A program made the position numbers and the translations under genes. The notes under the pieces are model-generated. The model saw only the letters and a program-made list of their open reading frames with translations. It ran no database searches and had not been told where the DNA came from. From an uncultured Actinomycetes bacterium (lineage in GTDB: Bacteria; Actinomycetota; Thermoleophilia; UBA2241), in assembly GCA_963725665.1 (NCBI GenBank), contig CAVRZA010000006.1:416001-480000 (forward strand): DNA of 64,000 nucleotides, given 5' to 3'. Position 1 is the stretch's first letter, and each line of letters begins with the position of its first letter. Of this stretch, positions 35,290 through 46,379 are shown one piece after another.

Positions 35290-36441
35290 CTACATGGAGA
35301 AGACCTGGTAGGCGTTCTCGCAGGGTGGCCCAGCGCAGGCGTAGAGCCGGCGTTCGTCGAGGTCGCAGATCATACTGCCCACGGTCATGACGCGCTCGCC
35401 CGGCGGCGACGTCTCATCGGGATGGCCGCAGATGCACTCGTCAGGCGACGGCTCGTGGCAGCGCAGCACGCGCGCGACGAGCTCGACGGGGTCGTCGTCG
35501 CGCGCGACACCTTCAGCCAGCAGCCGCTCGGCCGTGGCGAGCCTGGTGCGCGACTCCTGGTGTTGGGACCCTTCGAAGGGCTGCATCTCGGGCGCCGCGT
35601 AGTGGTTCGTGTGCGCCATGTAACCGGCAGCCGTGCGGTCGGCAAGCGCCGTCGCGGTCGCCGACGCTTCGACGTCCCACAGGCGGCCGGCCAGATCCGC
35701 GAAGAAGTGGTTCGTACCCCGTGCCCTGGTCTCAAGCGCAGCCCTGGCCGTCGCCTCCTCGAGCGAGGGCGCTTCGATCGCCCAGCGGCGGACGAAGACG
35801 TTGGGCACGCCGACGCGGTTGTCGGTGGAGTGCACCGAGTTGCTCACATTGGCGATACCGTGCGAGCTCATGGCCAGCATGAGGAGATACGGGGCGCCGG
35901 CGATGCCCAGCAGGCGCGTGCCGTCGGGCACCGTGAGGTCGAAGAGGACGTTATTGGGGGCATCGATCACATACCAGTCCATGTTGTGGCCGACGACGCG
36001 GCGGCCGCGGCTCACGGCGGCCACTGCCGTGCAGTGGTCGCCCGTGCCGCGGCCGCCGCGGGCATCAGCAGCCGCCGCACCCGCTGTCGCGGCAAGCAGG
36101 GGAGCCGCACCGACCACCGGCTCGCCGGCCGTGAACTCCTCGCCGCAGTTGAGTACGAGCAGCTGGGCGAATGGCTGGTCAGAGCCTTCGGCCAGCCCCT
36201 CGAGCTCCTCGACGTACTGCGGCAGATGGCGGCGCGCGTACTCCCCGTAGACGGCGGCCTGCCGTTCGGCCTCGGCGAACGGCAGGCCGCCGCTCATGAC
36301 TTCGAAGTCGTCACGGAAGAAGGCCACCGACGCCTCGACCTGCGCGCGCGCCGCCTCTCCGACGGCGCGTCCCAGCTCGCGGTAGGAGCCCCCAGCCTGG
36401 ACGTAGACGAACGGGATGCCCCTGCCCGCGCGATCGTCCAT
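35290..36441 (-). CDS. C45-family Ntn hydrolase/acyltransferase
   Basis: EELEGLAEG, H-CT autoprocessing Cys, GHNMDW, AHTNHY. Confidence 0.87.
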   Translation of the reverse strand: MDDRAGRGIPFVYVQAGGSYRELGRAVGEAARAQVEASVAFFRDDFEVMSGGLPFAEAERQAAVYGEYARRHLPQYVEELEGLAEGSDQPFAQLLVLNCGEEFTAGEPVVGAAPLLAATAGAAAADARGGRGTGDHCTAVAAVSRGRRVVGHNMDWYVIDAPNNVLFDLTVPDGTRLLGIAGAPYLLMLAMSSHGIANVSNSVHSTDNRVGVPNVFVRRWAIEAPSLEEATARAALETRARGTNHFFADLAGRLWDVEASATATALADRTAAGYMAHTNHYAAPEMQPFEGSQHQESRTRLATAERLLAEGVARDDDPVELVARVLRCHEPSPDECICGHPDETSPPGERVMTVGSMICDLDERRLYACAGPPCENAYQVFSM

Positions 36442-36443
36442 GG

Positions 36444-37925
36444 TCAGATCGGCACTCCCTCAAGGACTGCGCGCGGGTCGGGCCACTCGCCGAGGCCGAC
36501 CTCGCGCGCCGCGGCGTCGATCAGGCGGCAGAGCTCCTTGCCCACGTCGTCGGGCAGGCCGACGGGCTCGCACGCGAGCAACTCGTCGACGCGCGCGCGA
36601 GCCGCGTCGACGACGCTGCGCCGCCGCGAGGCCGTCCACTCCTCGAGGCCACCCCTGAAGCTGATCGCCGGCACGCACAGCTCGCTGCGCATGTAGCGCC
36701 GCGTGTGCTTGGTGCCCAGAAAGCCGCTCCCTGAGAGGATGCCGTCGACCATTGCCTCGAGGTCGAGAGCGGATTCGTCGCACGGGTGGCTCCTCAAGGC
36801 GTAGAAGGCGTCGTTGAGGATCTCGTCGTCGAGCACGAGGACCTCGAGCGCCGTGGCCACGCCGGCCTGGATCTCGCCGATGCCCGACAAGAAGCGCGGG
36901 CGGGCGAGCAGGCCGAGGAAGGCGTTGAAGGCGTGCTCCCAGCCGAACTGCGCGTCGGCCACCTTGCTGTCGCTGGAGGGGCCGTAGCAGTCGCAGGCGA
37001 GCCCGTAGCGACGCGCAAGAAGCACCGCCGCGACCGAGGTGAGGCCGGTCTCGGGCGTGCCCGAGGCGACGCGGCCCGTGCGCGGGTCGACGGCGGAGAG
37101 GCGCGGACCGTAGTAGACCGGAGTATCTGGAGCGACGGTCTGCACCAGCACGACACCGGCGAGCACCTCGGCGTTCTGCTGCGCGATGGCCGCCGAGAGG
37201 GCGGCCGGCGCCGTCGTGCCGGCGGCCGGGCAGGGCAGGATCTCGACCACCACCTGGCGCGTTCCGGCCGACTCGATCAGCGCGTCGGCCACATCGCCGC
37301 CGAGGACCAGCGGGCTCACCGGCGAGAAGGCGAGGTCGAGCGGATAGCTACCGTCCGAGCCGTCGGCCCCCGTGAGCACCAGAGCCATCTCGCGCAGGTA
37401 GCTAGCCTGGAATGGGAACGAGATGCCCGGCCCGCCGATGTACTTGTCGGTCTCGTGGGCGACCGTGAGATAGGAGTACAACGGCTCGAGGGGGTCGGGC
37501 ACGTCGCCGGGTTGCACGAGCGAGGTCAGCGTGTGCTGGTTCTTCAAGTGGTGCATGACGCGCGAGAGCTCGACCTGGTCGCGCAGCGTGGCGCGATGCC
37601 CCGTGCCCGTGAGCGGGTCGACGACCTCACGGGCGCCGCCCAGGTTGTGCACGTACGTTGGCCCCGGCTCTCCGTCTACGGGCAGCGAGTGTTCGCGGGC
37701 GCGCGCGGCCATCGTGTAGCGCGGCGGGCAGGCCGCCAGGGCCGCCTCGACGAGGGCCGCGGGCACCAGAAGCCTGTCCTGCGGCCCCGGCGTGCAGCCC
37801 GCCGAGCTCAGCGCCGCGCGCGCCCGCTGCGAGTCGACGCGCACGCCGACCCGCTCCAGCAGACGCAGCGACGCCTGGTGGATCGCCTCTAGAGCCTCCT
37901 CGGACCAGAGCTCGGGGGTGCTCAC
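36444..37925 (-). CDS. MttB-superfamily (trimethylamine/quaternary amine:corrinoid) methyltransferase, non-pyrrolysine
   Basis: AIHQASLRLLERVGV, SPVSPL, GTTAPAALSAAIAQQNAEVLAG, DSKVADAQ; no in-frame TAG. Confidence 0.85.
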   Translation of the reverse strand: MSTPELWSEEALEAIHQASLRLLERVGVRVDSQRARAALSSAGCTPGPQDRLLVPAALVEAALAACPPRYTMAARAREHSLPVDGEPGPTYVHNLGGAREVVDPLTGTGHRATLRDQVELSRVMHHLKNQHTLTSLVQPGDVPDPLEPLYSYLTVAHETDKYIGGPGISFPFQASYLREMALVLTGADGSDGSYPLDLAFSPVSPLVLGGDVADALIESAGTRQVVVEILPCPAAGTTAPAALSAAIAQQNAEVLAGVVLVQTVAPDTPVYYGPRLSAVDPRTGRVASGTPETGLTSVAAVLLARRYGLACDCYGPSSDSKVADAQFGWEHAFNAFLGLLARPRFLSGIGEIQAGVATALEVLVLDDEILNDAFYALRSHPCDESALDLEAMVDGILSGSGFLGTKHTRRYMRSELCVPAISFRGGLEEWTASRRRSVVDAARARVDELLACEPVGLPDDVGKELCRLIDAAAREVGLGEWPDPRAVLEGVPI

Positions 37926-37935
37926 CCCCACGGCG

Positions 37936-39768
37936 CTACAGCTCTTCCGCAGACGAACGGCGGCGGCGCAGCAGCCACACGACCACACCGACCACGACGG
38001 CGGCCACAGCGACGGGCACGATCCATACCCATACCGACGAGCCGCCGCCCTGCTCTTCAACCGCAGCCGTCGCCGGCTTGAGATCGATGTAGGTCGTGCG
38101 CATGAGGTTCCAGATCGGCCCGCCGTTCTTGGGCGGTACGAGATGCCAACCCGTCCACTTGTCCGCTCGGTAGGCCTCGAGGTTCACGTTGTACCAGAGC
38201 ACCAGGTAGGGCGACTCCTTGTAGAGGAACTGCTGCATCTGGTCGATGATGGCCTTGCGCTGCGAGGTGTCGCTAGGGTTGGCGGGATCGACCGCCGTCG
38301 CCTGCTGCTCGTAGAGCTTGTCGTAGGCGGGGTTCGAGTAGAAGCAGTCGCTCCAGCTCTGTATCTGATCGGTGGTAAATACCGACAGCATGAAGCCCGG
38401 GTCGATGTCGCCGCCCCAGCTCCAGAGGTACATGTCGAAGTCGCCCGCGTAGTTGAGGTCGTAGAAGGCACCCTCCTCAACGGGTCGGAGGCGCGTCTTG
38501 ATGCCGACGTCCTTCAGCCACACGCTGACCAGCTTCGCCGTTGTGACCTCTTCCGGGTAGTCGGTCAGCGGCGTGAGGCGGAAGTCGAGCTTGTTGCCCT
38601 TGGCGTCCTCGCGCACCCCGTCGCCGTCCCGATCCGTGTAGCCGGCCTCGTGGAGGATCTGCTTGGCCTTGTCGGGGTTGTAGGAGATGAGCTGGTCGGC
38701 CGGAGGCTCCCAGTAGTAGGGCGAGATCGGCGAGATCACGGTGGTTCCCGGCTTGGCAAGGCCCGACATGGCGGCGTCGACGATCTTCTGTCTGTCGATC
38801 GCCCACGAGCAGGCGAGACGGATGCGATAGTCGAGGAGCAACGGGTTGCCCTTCGACTTCGACGACTGCCAGCAGTTGAACCCGAGCTCGTAGAAGCCGA
38901 TGTAGGGAGCGTTGACCGTCTCCCAGCCGTTGGCTACCTTGAGCGCTCCGCAGCTGCGCAGCGGGGACGGAGTAGGCGGCGTCGAGGTTGCCCGCCTTGT
39001 AGTCCTGCACCATCGAGTCGGGGTTCTGATAGACGCTGTAGAGAATGGCGTCGAGGGTCGGAGCGCCGCCGAAGTACTGCTTGTTGGCGACCAGCCGCGA
39101 CGAACTTGCTCTTCTTCGCCTCGACCACCTGGAAGGGGCCGCTGCCGATCGTCGGCACGTTGGCCCACGAGTCGAGCTTGTCCTTGGGCACCTTGCTCCA
39201 GACGTGCTCCGGCAGGATGGGGATGTAGAGCGCCAGCATCCCTGCATTGGGCTTGCTGGACTCGATGACGAGCGTCGTGTCGTCCGGGGCCGTGACGTTC
39301 TTCACGCCGACCAGGTAGCTCGTGTACGCGTCTAAGGTCGTTGTCGAGGATGAGGTTGTACGTGAAGGCGACGTCGCGCGCCGTGAGCGGCTCGCCGTCC
39401 TGCCACTTCACCCCGGAGCGGATCTTGAAGGTCCATGCCTTGCCGTCGGCGCTCGTCGTCCAGCTCTCAGCCAAATCGGGGGCGGGCTTGTAGTCGTCGT
39501 CGTACCAGGTGAGGAAGTCATAGTTGAGGCGGAAGGACTCCCACGTGATGGAGCTCCACGAGCCGAAGGGGTTCATGCCGTCGATGTCCTCGGGCACGCC
39601 GATCTTCAGCGTCAGCTCCCCGGTCGCACCCGGCGACGCCGACACAGACGACCCGACGTACAGCGACGGCGTCGGCGAGGGCGACGCGGCCGCCGCCGCG
39701 GCGGGCAGCGCAGCAAGCGCCGCCGCGACGGCGGCCGCGATGAGTGACAGCAGTGCGATCCGTTTCAT
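37936..39768 (-). CDS. Family 5 (OppA/DppA) ABC substrate-binding protein 2, with three +1 indels (~39334, ~39097, ~38947)
   Basis: PDLAESW, WQDGEPLTARDVAFT, GSGPF (shifted frame), DRDGDGVRE; C-terminal TM + RRRR. Confidence 0.85.
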   Translation of the reverse strand: MKRIALLSLIAAAVAAALAALPAAAAAASPSPTPSLYVGSSVSASPGATGELTLKIGVPEDIDGMNPFGSWSSITWESFRLNYDFLTWYDDDYKPAPDLAESWTTSADGKAWTFKIRSGVKWQDGEPLTARDVAFTYNLILDNDLRRVHELPGRREERHGPGRHDARHRVQQAQCRDAGALHPHPAGARLEQGAQGQARLVGQRADDRQRPLPGGRGEEEQVRRGWSPTSSTSAALRPSTPFSTASIRTPTRWCRTTRRATSTPPTPSPLRSCGALKVANGWETVNAPYIGFYELGFNCWQSSKSKGNPLLLDYRIRLACSWAIDRQKIVDAAMSGLAKPGTTVISPISPYYWEPPADQLISYNPDKAKQILHEAGYTDRDGDGVREDAKGNKLDFRLTPLTDYPEEVTTAKLVSVWLKDVGIKTRLRPVEEGAFYDLNYAGDFDMYLWSWGGDIDPGFMLSVFTTDQIQSWSDCFYSNPAYDKLYEQQATAVDPANPSDTSQRKAIIDQMQQFLYKESPYLVLWYNVNLEAYRADKWTGWHLVPPKNGGPIWNLMRTTYIDLKPATAAVEEQGGGSSVWVWIVPVAVAAVVVGVVVWLLRRRRSSAEEL

Positions 39769-39880
39769 GGCTCCTCGACCCCCGTGTTCGCTTGCTCGTG
39801 GCTCATGCGCCGCGGTCCCCACCGCGACGCACCGGTGCTTTCTCGGGCGCGGCTCGACGGAACGTCGAGCCGCGCCGCCT

Positions 39881-40972
39881 CTACCCCAGCCGCAGACAGG
39901 CGGCGTAGTGCGTGCCGCCCAGGTGCACGTCCTTCGGGTCCTTCTCCGGGCAGATATCCATGCGCACCGGACAGCGCGGGTGGAAGCGGCAGCCCGAGGG
40001 GATGTTGGCCGGGTTGGGCGTCTCGCCGGTGAGGATGGTGTGCTCCCTCTTCGCCGTCGGGTCGGGCACCGGGATCACCGAGATGAGCGCTTTGGTGTAC
40101 GGGTGTTGCGGGTTGCTGACGACCTCGTCGGTCTCACCGATCTCGACGATGCGTCCCAGGTACATGACGGCGATGCGGTCTGAGATGACCCAGGCCAGCG
40201 AGAGATCGTGCGTGATGAAGAGGTAGGTCACGCCGAGCTTCTCTTTGTGCTCGACCATCAGCTTGAGGATGTCGTTGCGGATCGACACGTCGAGGCTCGC
40301 CACCGGCTCGTCGGCGACGATCATGTCGGGCTCGAGCACGATGGCGCCGGCAATACAGACGCGCTGCCGCTGACCGCCCGAGAGCTCGTGCGGGTAGCGG
40401 TAGAGGTAGTCGCGCGGCGGGCGCAGGCCGGCGTCGTCGAGCGCCTTGACGACGCGCTCCTCCTTCTCGCGCTCGCTCGCAGTGAGCGCGTTGACGACCA
40501 GCGGCTCGGCGACGATGTCGAAGATGGTCTGCTTGGGATTGATGGAGTTGTAGGGGTCCTGGAAGATGATCTGCGCCTTCTTGCGGTACTCGCGCAATGC
40601 ACCCTGGCTGAAGCGGCGCAGCGGCAGACCCTTGTAGAGGATCTCGCCGCCCGTGGCCGGTTCCAGGGAGAGGATCGTACGGCCGGTCGTCGTCTTGCCG
40701 CAGCCCGACTCGCCCACGAGGGCGAGGATCTCGCCCGGGCTCACGGTGAAGCTGATCTTGTCGACCGCGCGCACCCACTTCTTCTCGGTCGAGATCATCG
40801 ACCTGAAGAAGCTCTCGCGCACCCGGAAGTACACCTCGAGGTCGCGCACGTCGAAGAGCTTGCCGTCCGTGACCTCGGCCGTCAGCAGGTCGGCGCGGTT
40901 GACCGTGCCGCCGACGGCCCTTTGATCTTGCGCGTCGGGCGGACGCTGTGCGGTCGTCGCCTTGTCTGCCAT
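39881..40972 (-). CDS. Oligopeptide ABC ATP-binding protein (OppF-like)
   Basis: [30 protein letters not shown]. Confidence 0.92.
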   Translation of the reverse strand: MADKATTAQRPPDAQDQRAVGGTVNRADLLTAEVTDGKLFDVRDLEVYFRVRESFFRSMISTEKKWVRAVDKISFTVSPGEILALVGESGCGKTTTGRTILSLEPATGGEILYKGLPLRRFSQGALREYRKKAQIIFQDPYNSINPKQTIFDIVAEPLVVNALTASEREKEERVVKALDDAGLRPPRDYLYRYPHELSGGQRQRVCIAGAIVLEPDMIVADEPVASLDVSIRNDILKLMVEHKEKLGVTYLFITHDLSLAWVISDRIAVMYLGRIVEIGETDEVVSNPQHPYTKALISVIPVPDPTAKREHTILTGETPNPANIPSGCRFHPRCPVRMDICPEKDPKDVHLGGTHYAACLRLG

Positions 40973-41986
40973 CTAGCTCACCCTTATGCAGCGGACGAAG
41001 TGGCCCGGCTCTGGCTCCGCCCTGGCAGGCTCGTGCCCCCAGCACTCCTCGCCGCGCACGTTGCAGCGCGGCTCGAAGCGGCAGCCCGGCGGCGGGGTGA
41101 GCAGGTTGGGCGGGTCGCCGGCGATCGAGGTCACCATCTCGCGGGACTCGTGGATGTTGGGGAAGGCGTGGATGAGCTGCTTCGTGTAGGGGTGCAGGGG
41201 GTTCCTGAAGATCTGCTCGGTGGAACCCGACTCGACCACCTTGCCGGCGTACATGATGACGCCCTTGTCGCAGGTCTCGGCCATCACCGAGAGGTCATGG
41301 CTGATGAGGATGAAGGCCAGGTCCAGCTCCTTGCGCAGGTTCTCGATGAGATCGAGGATCTGCGCCTGCACCATCACATCGAGCGCGGTGGTCGGCTCGT
41401 CGCCGATGACGAGCTTGGGGTTGCAGGCGAGGGCCATGGCGATCATCGAGCGCTGGCGCATGCCGCCGCTCATCTCGTGCGGGTACTCGTTGATGCGCGC
41501 GGGGTTGATGCCCACGAGCTCGAAGAGCTCCCGCGTACGCGCCGTCGCCTTGGCCTCGCTCACGCCCTCATGCAGCATGATCGGCTCGGCGATCTGCCTG
41601 CCCACCTGCTGCACCGGGTTGAGGGCGTTCATGGCCCCCTGGAAGATGATCGAGATCTCCTTCCAGCGGATCTTGCTCATGCCGTACTCGGTGCGCTTGG
41701 CGAGGTTCTTGCCGTCGAAGAGGACCTCGCCCGAGACGATGCGCCCGTTCTCGGGCAGCAGCTTCAGTATGGCGAGGGCGGCGGTCGTCTTGCCGCAGCC
41801 GGACTCGCCGGCCAAGCCGAGGCTCTCGCCTTCTCTCAGCATGAAGGAGACGCCGTCGACGGCCTTGACGTCGCCGGCGGCGAGCTTGAAGTAGGCGCGC
41901 AGGTCGCGCACGTCGAGAAGGCCCTCGTGCTCGATGCGCTGCGGCGCCGCCGCCGGCGCGGGCCCGACCTTGGCCTCAGCACTCAT
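40973..41986 (-). CDS. Oligopeptide ABC ATP-binding protein (OppD-like)
   Basis: [34 protein letters not shown]. Confidence 0.92.
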   Translation of the reverse strand: MSAEAKVGPAPAAAPQRIEHEGLLDVRDLRAYFKLAAGDVKAVDGVSFMLREGESLGLAGESGCGKTTAALAILKLLPENGRIVSGEVLFDGKNLAKRTEYGMSKIRWKEISIIFQGAMNALNPVQQVGRQIAEPIMLHEGVSEAKATARTRELFELVGINPARINEYPHEMSGGMRQRSMIAMALACNPKLVIGDEPTTALDVMVQAQILDLIENLRKELDLAFILISHDLSVMAETCDKGVIMYAGKVVESGSTEQIFRNPLHPYTKQLIHAFPNIHESREMVTSIAGDPPNLLTPPPGCRFEPRCNVRGEECWGHEPARAEPEPGHFVRCIRVS

Positions 41987-43471
41987 GAGAACAGCTCCTC
42001 GTCCTGCACCTTCCCGCCGGGAGCGCCGGTGATCATGCCGCCCCCGCCTCCGCCCGGTGTCGGGGCGAGCATGCGCTCGCCGGGGCCCGGGATCCTGTCC
42101 TTGTCGATCTCCCCAAGCTCCTTCAGGGTCGGCGCGCCGTCGCCGCCGCTCTCCTCACGCTTTCTCAGCTTGGGATCGAGGACCTCGTCGAAGGCCGTCC
42201 CCATGAACGTGAAGGCGACCACGATGAGCACGATGGCGAGACCGGGCGCGAGCACGTACATGCGCGTGCTGGGCAGGGTCGAGCCGCCCGAGGCCCACAC
42301 GTAGTGGAGCATGGTGCCCCAGCTGAAGCGCAGCGGGTCGCCGAGGCCGAGGAAGGAGAGGGTCGTCTCCGAGAGGATGGCGATGGCCACCACGAGGATC
42401 GTGTTGGCGAAGATGAGCGGGAAGACGTTGGGCAGGATGTGCTTGTTCATGATGTGCCAGCTGCTGGAGCCGATGGCCCGACCGCGCTCGATGAAGGGCA
42501 GCTCCTTCACCGCCAGCACCTGGCTTCTCACCACGCGCGCGGTGCCCGGCCAGCTCGTGATGCCGATGATGAGCATGATGATCATGTAGTTCGTGCCCCA
42601 GGCAGCGGCGAGCACCATCGCCAGCGGCAGCCACGGGATGACGAGGAACACGTCGGTGAACCGCATGCCGACCTCGCCGCGCCAACCGCCGTAGTAGCCG
42701 GCCCCGATACCGATGCCCGCCCCGAGGATGGTCGAGATGACCGTTGCCAGGAGGCCGACGACGAGGGAGATGCGCGCGCTCCAGATGAACTCGGCGATCA
42801 CCGACTGGCCGAGCTCGGTGGCGCCGAACCAGCGGTAGTACTCCCTCGCCGGGCCGCTGAAGGCAGGCCCGACCGCCTCGGTCGGGTTGAGGAAGTAGTG
42901 AGCAGCCAGGAAGGGCGCGAGCAGCGCCAGCGCAGCGACGACGAGCAGGATGTAGAGGCCCGCCATGCCCTGCCAGTTGCCGCGGTAGAGCCGCCAGACC
43001 TGACGCCAGTTCCACACCGTGAGCTCGGCGCGCTCGGGGTTCGTCGCGCCCCACATCCAGACGCACGCGGCGACGCCGATAACGACGGCGGTCTGCCACA
43101 GCCAGCCCCAGCCGTCGGTGCGGCCGGACAGCGAGAAGGAGCCCGGCAGACCGGCGGCGACGAGCCCCCAGAGCAGGAACACGGCCCCCGTCGCGGTGAT
43201 CGCCAGAGGATAGCCGCGACCCTTGCGCGCGCGCACGAGGCCGACCGCCCCGACGGCGGTCACGATGACGCCGAAGGGCAGGATCGCCCAGGCCGGGTAG
43301 TTGGCGACCTGCGGGTCGAAGAAGCCCCTTGATCAGCGTACCGAAGCCGGGTTGCCAGAAGAACTTGTCGGGCTTGACGATGATGTCCTTGGGATAGGTG
43401 CAGAGCTCGAGGACGAGCCATACGAGCGGCGTCCAGATGAGGATCCAGCGTCGCAGCCGGGCGGGGATCAC
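41983..43471 (-). CDS. Oligopeptide ABC permease (OppC-like) with N-terminal TM extension; +1 frameshift near 43327
   Basis: ARISLVVG, ARVVRSQVL, HILPNV, LSFLGLG; removing one G from AAGGGGCTT joins the two ORFs. Confidence 0.85.
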
Positions 43472-44439
43472 GCCTTCACCCGCGGGTCGAGGTAGTAGTA
43501 CATGATGTCGGCGATGAGGTTGAAGATGATCACCGCGATGGCGCCGAGCAGAAACACGGCGCGCAGTACCGGGAAGTCACGCCAGGTGAGGGCCTCCCAC
43601 GAGAGCAGGCCGAGGCCCGGCCAGTCGAACACGGTCTCGATGAGGATGGCGCCCGAGAGCACGAAGCCGAAGTTCATCATGATGAGGGTGACGGAGGGCA
43701 AGAGCGCGTTGGGCACCGTGTGACGCCAGAGCACCGCATCGTCGGAGAGGCCTTTGGCGCGCGCCGTCAGGACGAAGTCCTCCTTCATGACTCCCGTCAG
43801 CGAGCTGCGCATGATGAGGTGGTACTCGCCGGCGTAGGTGATGCCGAAGATCACAACGGGAAGGATCAGGTGCCAGAGGACGCTCGAGCTGTGGGCAAGC
43901 CAGCTCGGGTAGACGACCCCGGGGGCCTCCATCTTGCCCACGGGGAACCAGCCTAAGGTCACGGCGAAGAACTGTATGGCAAGCATCGCCACCCAGAAGC
44001 TGGGCATGGAGTACAGCACCATGCCGGTGTTGGTCGACACAAGGTCGTAGGTCGAGTTTCGTCGCCAGCCGGCGATCACGCCGGTGAAGAAGCCTATGAG
44101 GGTCGCGAACAGAGTGCCCACACCCACGAGCAACACCGTGGGCCAGATGCGCTCACCGACCACCTGGGTGACGGGGCGCTTCTCCTTCCACGAGTAGCCG
44201 AACCTGAGCTGCGGCGTGTCGACCCAGTAGTAGGCGAACTGCTTCCACAGCGGCTCGTCCAAGTGGAAGGCATGCCGCTGCTTGGGGATCATGTCCGCCT
44301 GGAAGCGCCCCTTGGGCAACAGGAGTCGGGCGGGATCGCCGGGCAGGATGTTGAAGAGGACGAAGTTGAACGAGGCGACCAGGATGATCGTCAGCAGCGC
44401 GTTGAGAATCCTGCGTGTGAAGTAGCGCCGTTTGTCCAC
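43468..44439 (-). CDS. Oligopeptide ABC permease (OppB-like)
   Basis: LPGDPA, HLILP, FVLTARAKGL, ETVFDWPGLG, LDPRV. Confidence 0.92.
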   Translation of the reverse strand: MDKRRYFTRRILNALLTIILVASFNFVLFNILPGDPARLLLPKGRFQADMIPKQRHAFHLDEPLWKQFAYYWVDTPQLRFGYSWKEKRPVTQVVGERIWPTVLLVGVGTLFATLIGFFTGVIAGWRRNSTYDLVSTNTGMVLYSMPSFWVAMLAIQFFAVTLGWFPVGKMEAPGVVYPSWLAHSSSVLWHLILPVVIFGITYAGEYHLIMRSSLTGVMKEDFVLTARAKGLSDDAVLWRHTVPNALLPSVTLIMMNFGFVLSGAILIETVFDWPGLGLLSWEALTWRDFPVLRAVFLLGAIAVIIFNLIADIMYYYLDPRVKA

Positions 44440-44509
44440 TGTCGGTCGTGTGAGGCGGCTGTGGCGGGCGGGTCACCCGCCCGCCGCAGCCGCCTCCCTC
44501 CTCCTTTGC

Positions 44510-46379
44510 TTAGGCTTCCTCGACCGGCCCGCCGCCGCGTCGACGGCGTAGCAGCCAGACGACGATCACAATGACCACGATGACGGCAACCACGACCGCC
44601 GACGATGAGGCCCGTGCTAGTCCCGCCGCCGCCACTCGTCGCCGCCGCGCTCGCCGGCTGGACGAACAGGTAGCTGTCGATGTTGTCGTACGTCATGACC
44701 GCGCCGCCCTTGACGGAGGGCGAACGCACCCACCCGGTCCAGCCCCCGCTGTTGTAGGCCTCAAGCGTGGCCGGGTAGACCAGCACGATGTAGGGGCTCT
44801 GCTCGTAGAGGATCTTCTGCATCTCCCAGATGGTCTGCTTGCGCTGCTGCTGGTCGATCTGGCTCGCTTGTTTGGCGAACAGGGCGTCGTAGGTCGGGTT
44901 GGACCAGGCGCTGTCGCTCGCGTTGTTGATCTGGCTGGTGAGGAACACAGAGAGGATGTAGGTGGGGTCGAGGTCGCCGCCCCAGGACCAGAGGAACATG
45001 TCCCAGTCGGGGGCGAACTCGCCGGCCTTGTTGGTGGCGTAAGCCTTGGCGTTCATGGCGGAGTAGTCCAGGACCTGGTACTTGATCTTCAGGCCGATGG
45101 ACTGGAGCCAGCCGGTGATGAAGCGCCCGCAGCGCTGCTGAGCCTCATTGCTGCTGAGCGCGAAGAGACGGAGAACGATCGGCTTGCCCTTGTAGTCGCG
45201 GATGCCGTCGCCGTTCACGTCCTTGTAGCCCGCCGCGTCGAGAGCCGCCTTGGCCTTCTCGAGGTCGAAGGTGTACTTCTGGTCGGCGGGCGGCTCCCAG
45301 TGCCAGTCGAGCTCCTTCGAGAAGAAGCCCGACTGGATGATCGTCGTCGCCGGTATGGCGAGACCGAGGTACGCTCTGTCGACGATCGCCTGGTGGTCGA
45401 TGGCGTAGTTCAGGGCCTGACGGAACCGCCAGTCCTTCAGCACTGGGTTGCCGAGCGAGGTCTTGCCCGTGTAGCAGTTGAAACCCAGCTCGTCGAAGCC
45501 CTTCGTCTCGTAGGCGTTGGCGGTGATCCCAGAAGTGTTCTGCAGCCGCGCGAACTGCGCCGCGGGAGGTTCTGCGGCTGCCTGCAGCCCTCCGGCGATG
45601 AGGTCGTTGACCATGCTGTCCGGGTTCTCGTAGGCGGTGAAGATGACCTCGTCGATCTTCGGACGGCCACGCCAGTAGTTCGGGTTGGCGTCCATGGTGA
45701 TCGTCTGAAGACCCGCGTCGGCTCTGACGGTCTGGAACGGCCCGGTGCCGACGATCGGCAGCTTGTTGACGTACTTCATGACCGTGTCCGGCGCGACCTT
45801 GCCCCAGATGTGCTCCGGTAGTACGAAGATGTACATGCTCAGGAAGGCGGCCTTGGGCTTGGAGAGGATGAAGCGAGCCGTGTAGTCGTCGACGACCTCG
45901 ACCCTCTTCACCAGCTCGGTGTACGGCGTGTACTGACCGAGCTGATTGTCGATGACGTAGTTCCAAGTGAAGGCGACGTCCTTGGCGGTGAAGGGCACCC
46001 CGTCCTGCCACTTCACCCCCTGCCGCAGCTTCACCGTCACCGTCTTGCCGTCGGTCGAGATGCCGCCGTTTTCCACCGTGGGGATCTCCGCGGCAAGCTC
46101 GGGCGTGGGGGTCACGTCGCTCGCCTTGAAGCCGAACAGCAGGTCGTAGTTCAGGTGCCAGACGGCCCAGCATTGGGAGTTCAGGCCGACGAAGGGGTTC
46201 AGGTTATCGGGGCGTTGGGTCCAGCCGACGCGCAGTGTCACCTTGCTGGCCGCCGGCGAGGCCGACTCGGCAAGGGCGCCGGTCAAGCCCCAGATGAGAC
46301 CCGCCGCCAGCAGGGCGACCGCCACGATCAGCGCGACACGATTCCGTCCCCAGCCCCGTTTGGCACTCGGCATACCCAT
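44510..46379 (-). CDS. Family 5 ABC substrate-binding protein 1; +1 frameshift near 44597 in the C-terminal TM
   Basis: WQDGVPFTAKDVAFT, GTGPF, DVNGDGIRD; corrected tail GLIVGVVVAVIVVIVIVVWLLRRRRGGGPVEEA, TAA at 44510. Confidence 0.87.

Noticed and set aside
36444-37925. Pyrrolysine-containing MttB
   Set aside because: No in-frame TAG, and TAG is the commonest true stop in this window.
38934-39340. Three +1 indels in SBP2 that together restore the frame and scramble ~130 aa
   Set aside because: Conserved SBP motifs lie in the shifted frames, so this is coincidental compensation of sequencing errors rather than recoding.
43320-44600. Frameshifts in oppC and SBP1 as phase variation
   Set aside because: The G-runs are too short for contingency loci; same +1 error pattern.
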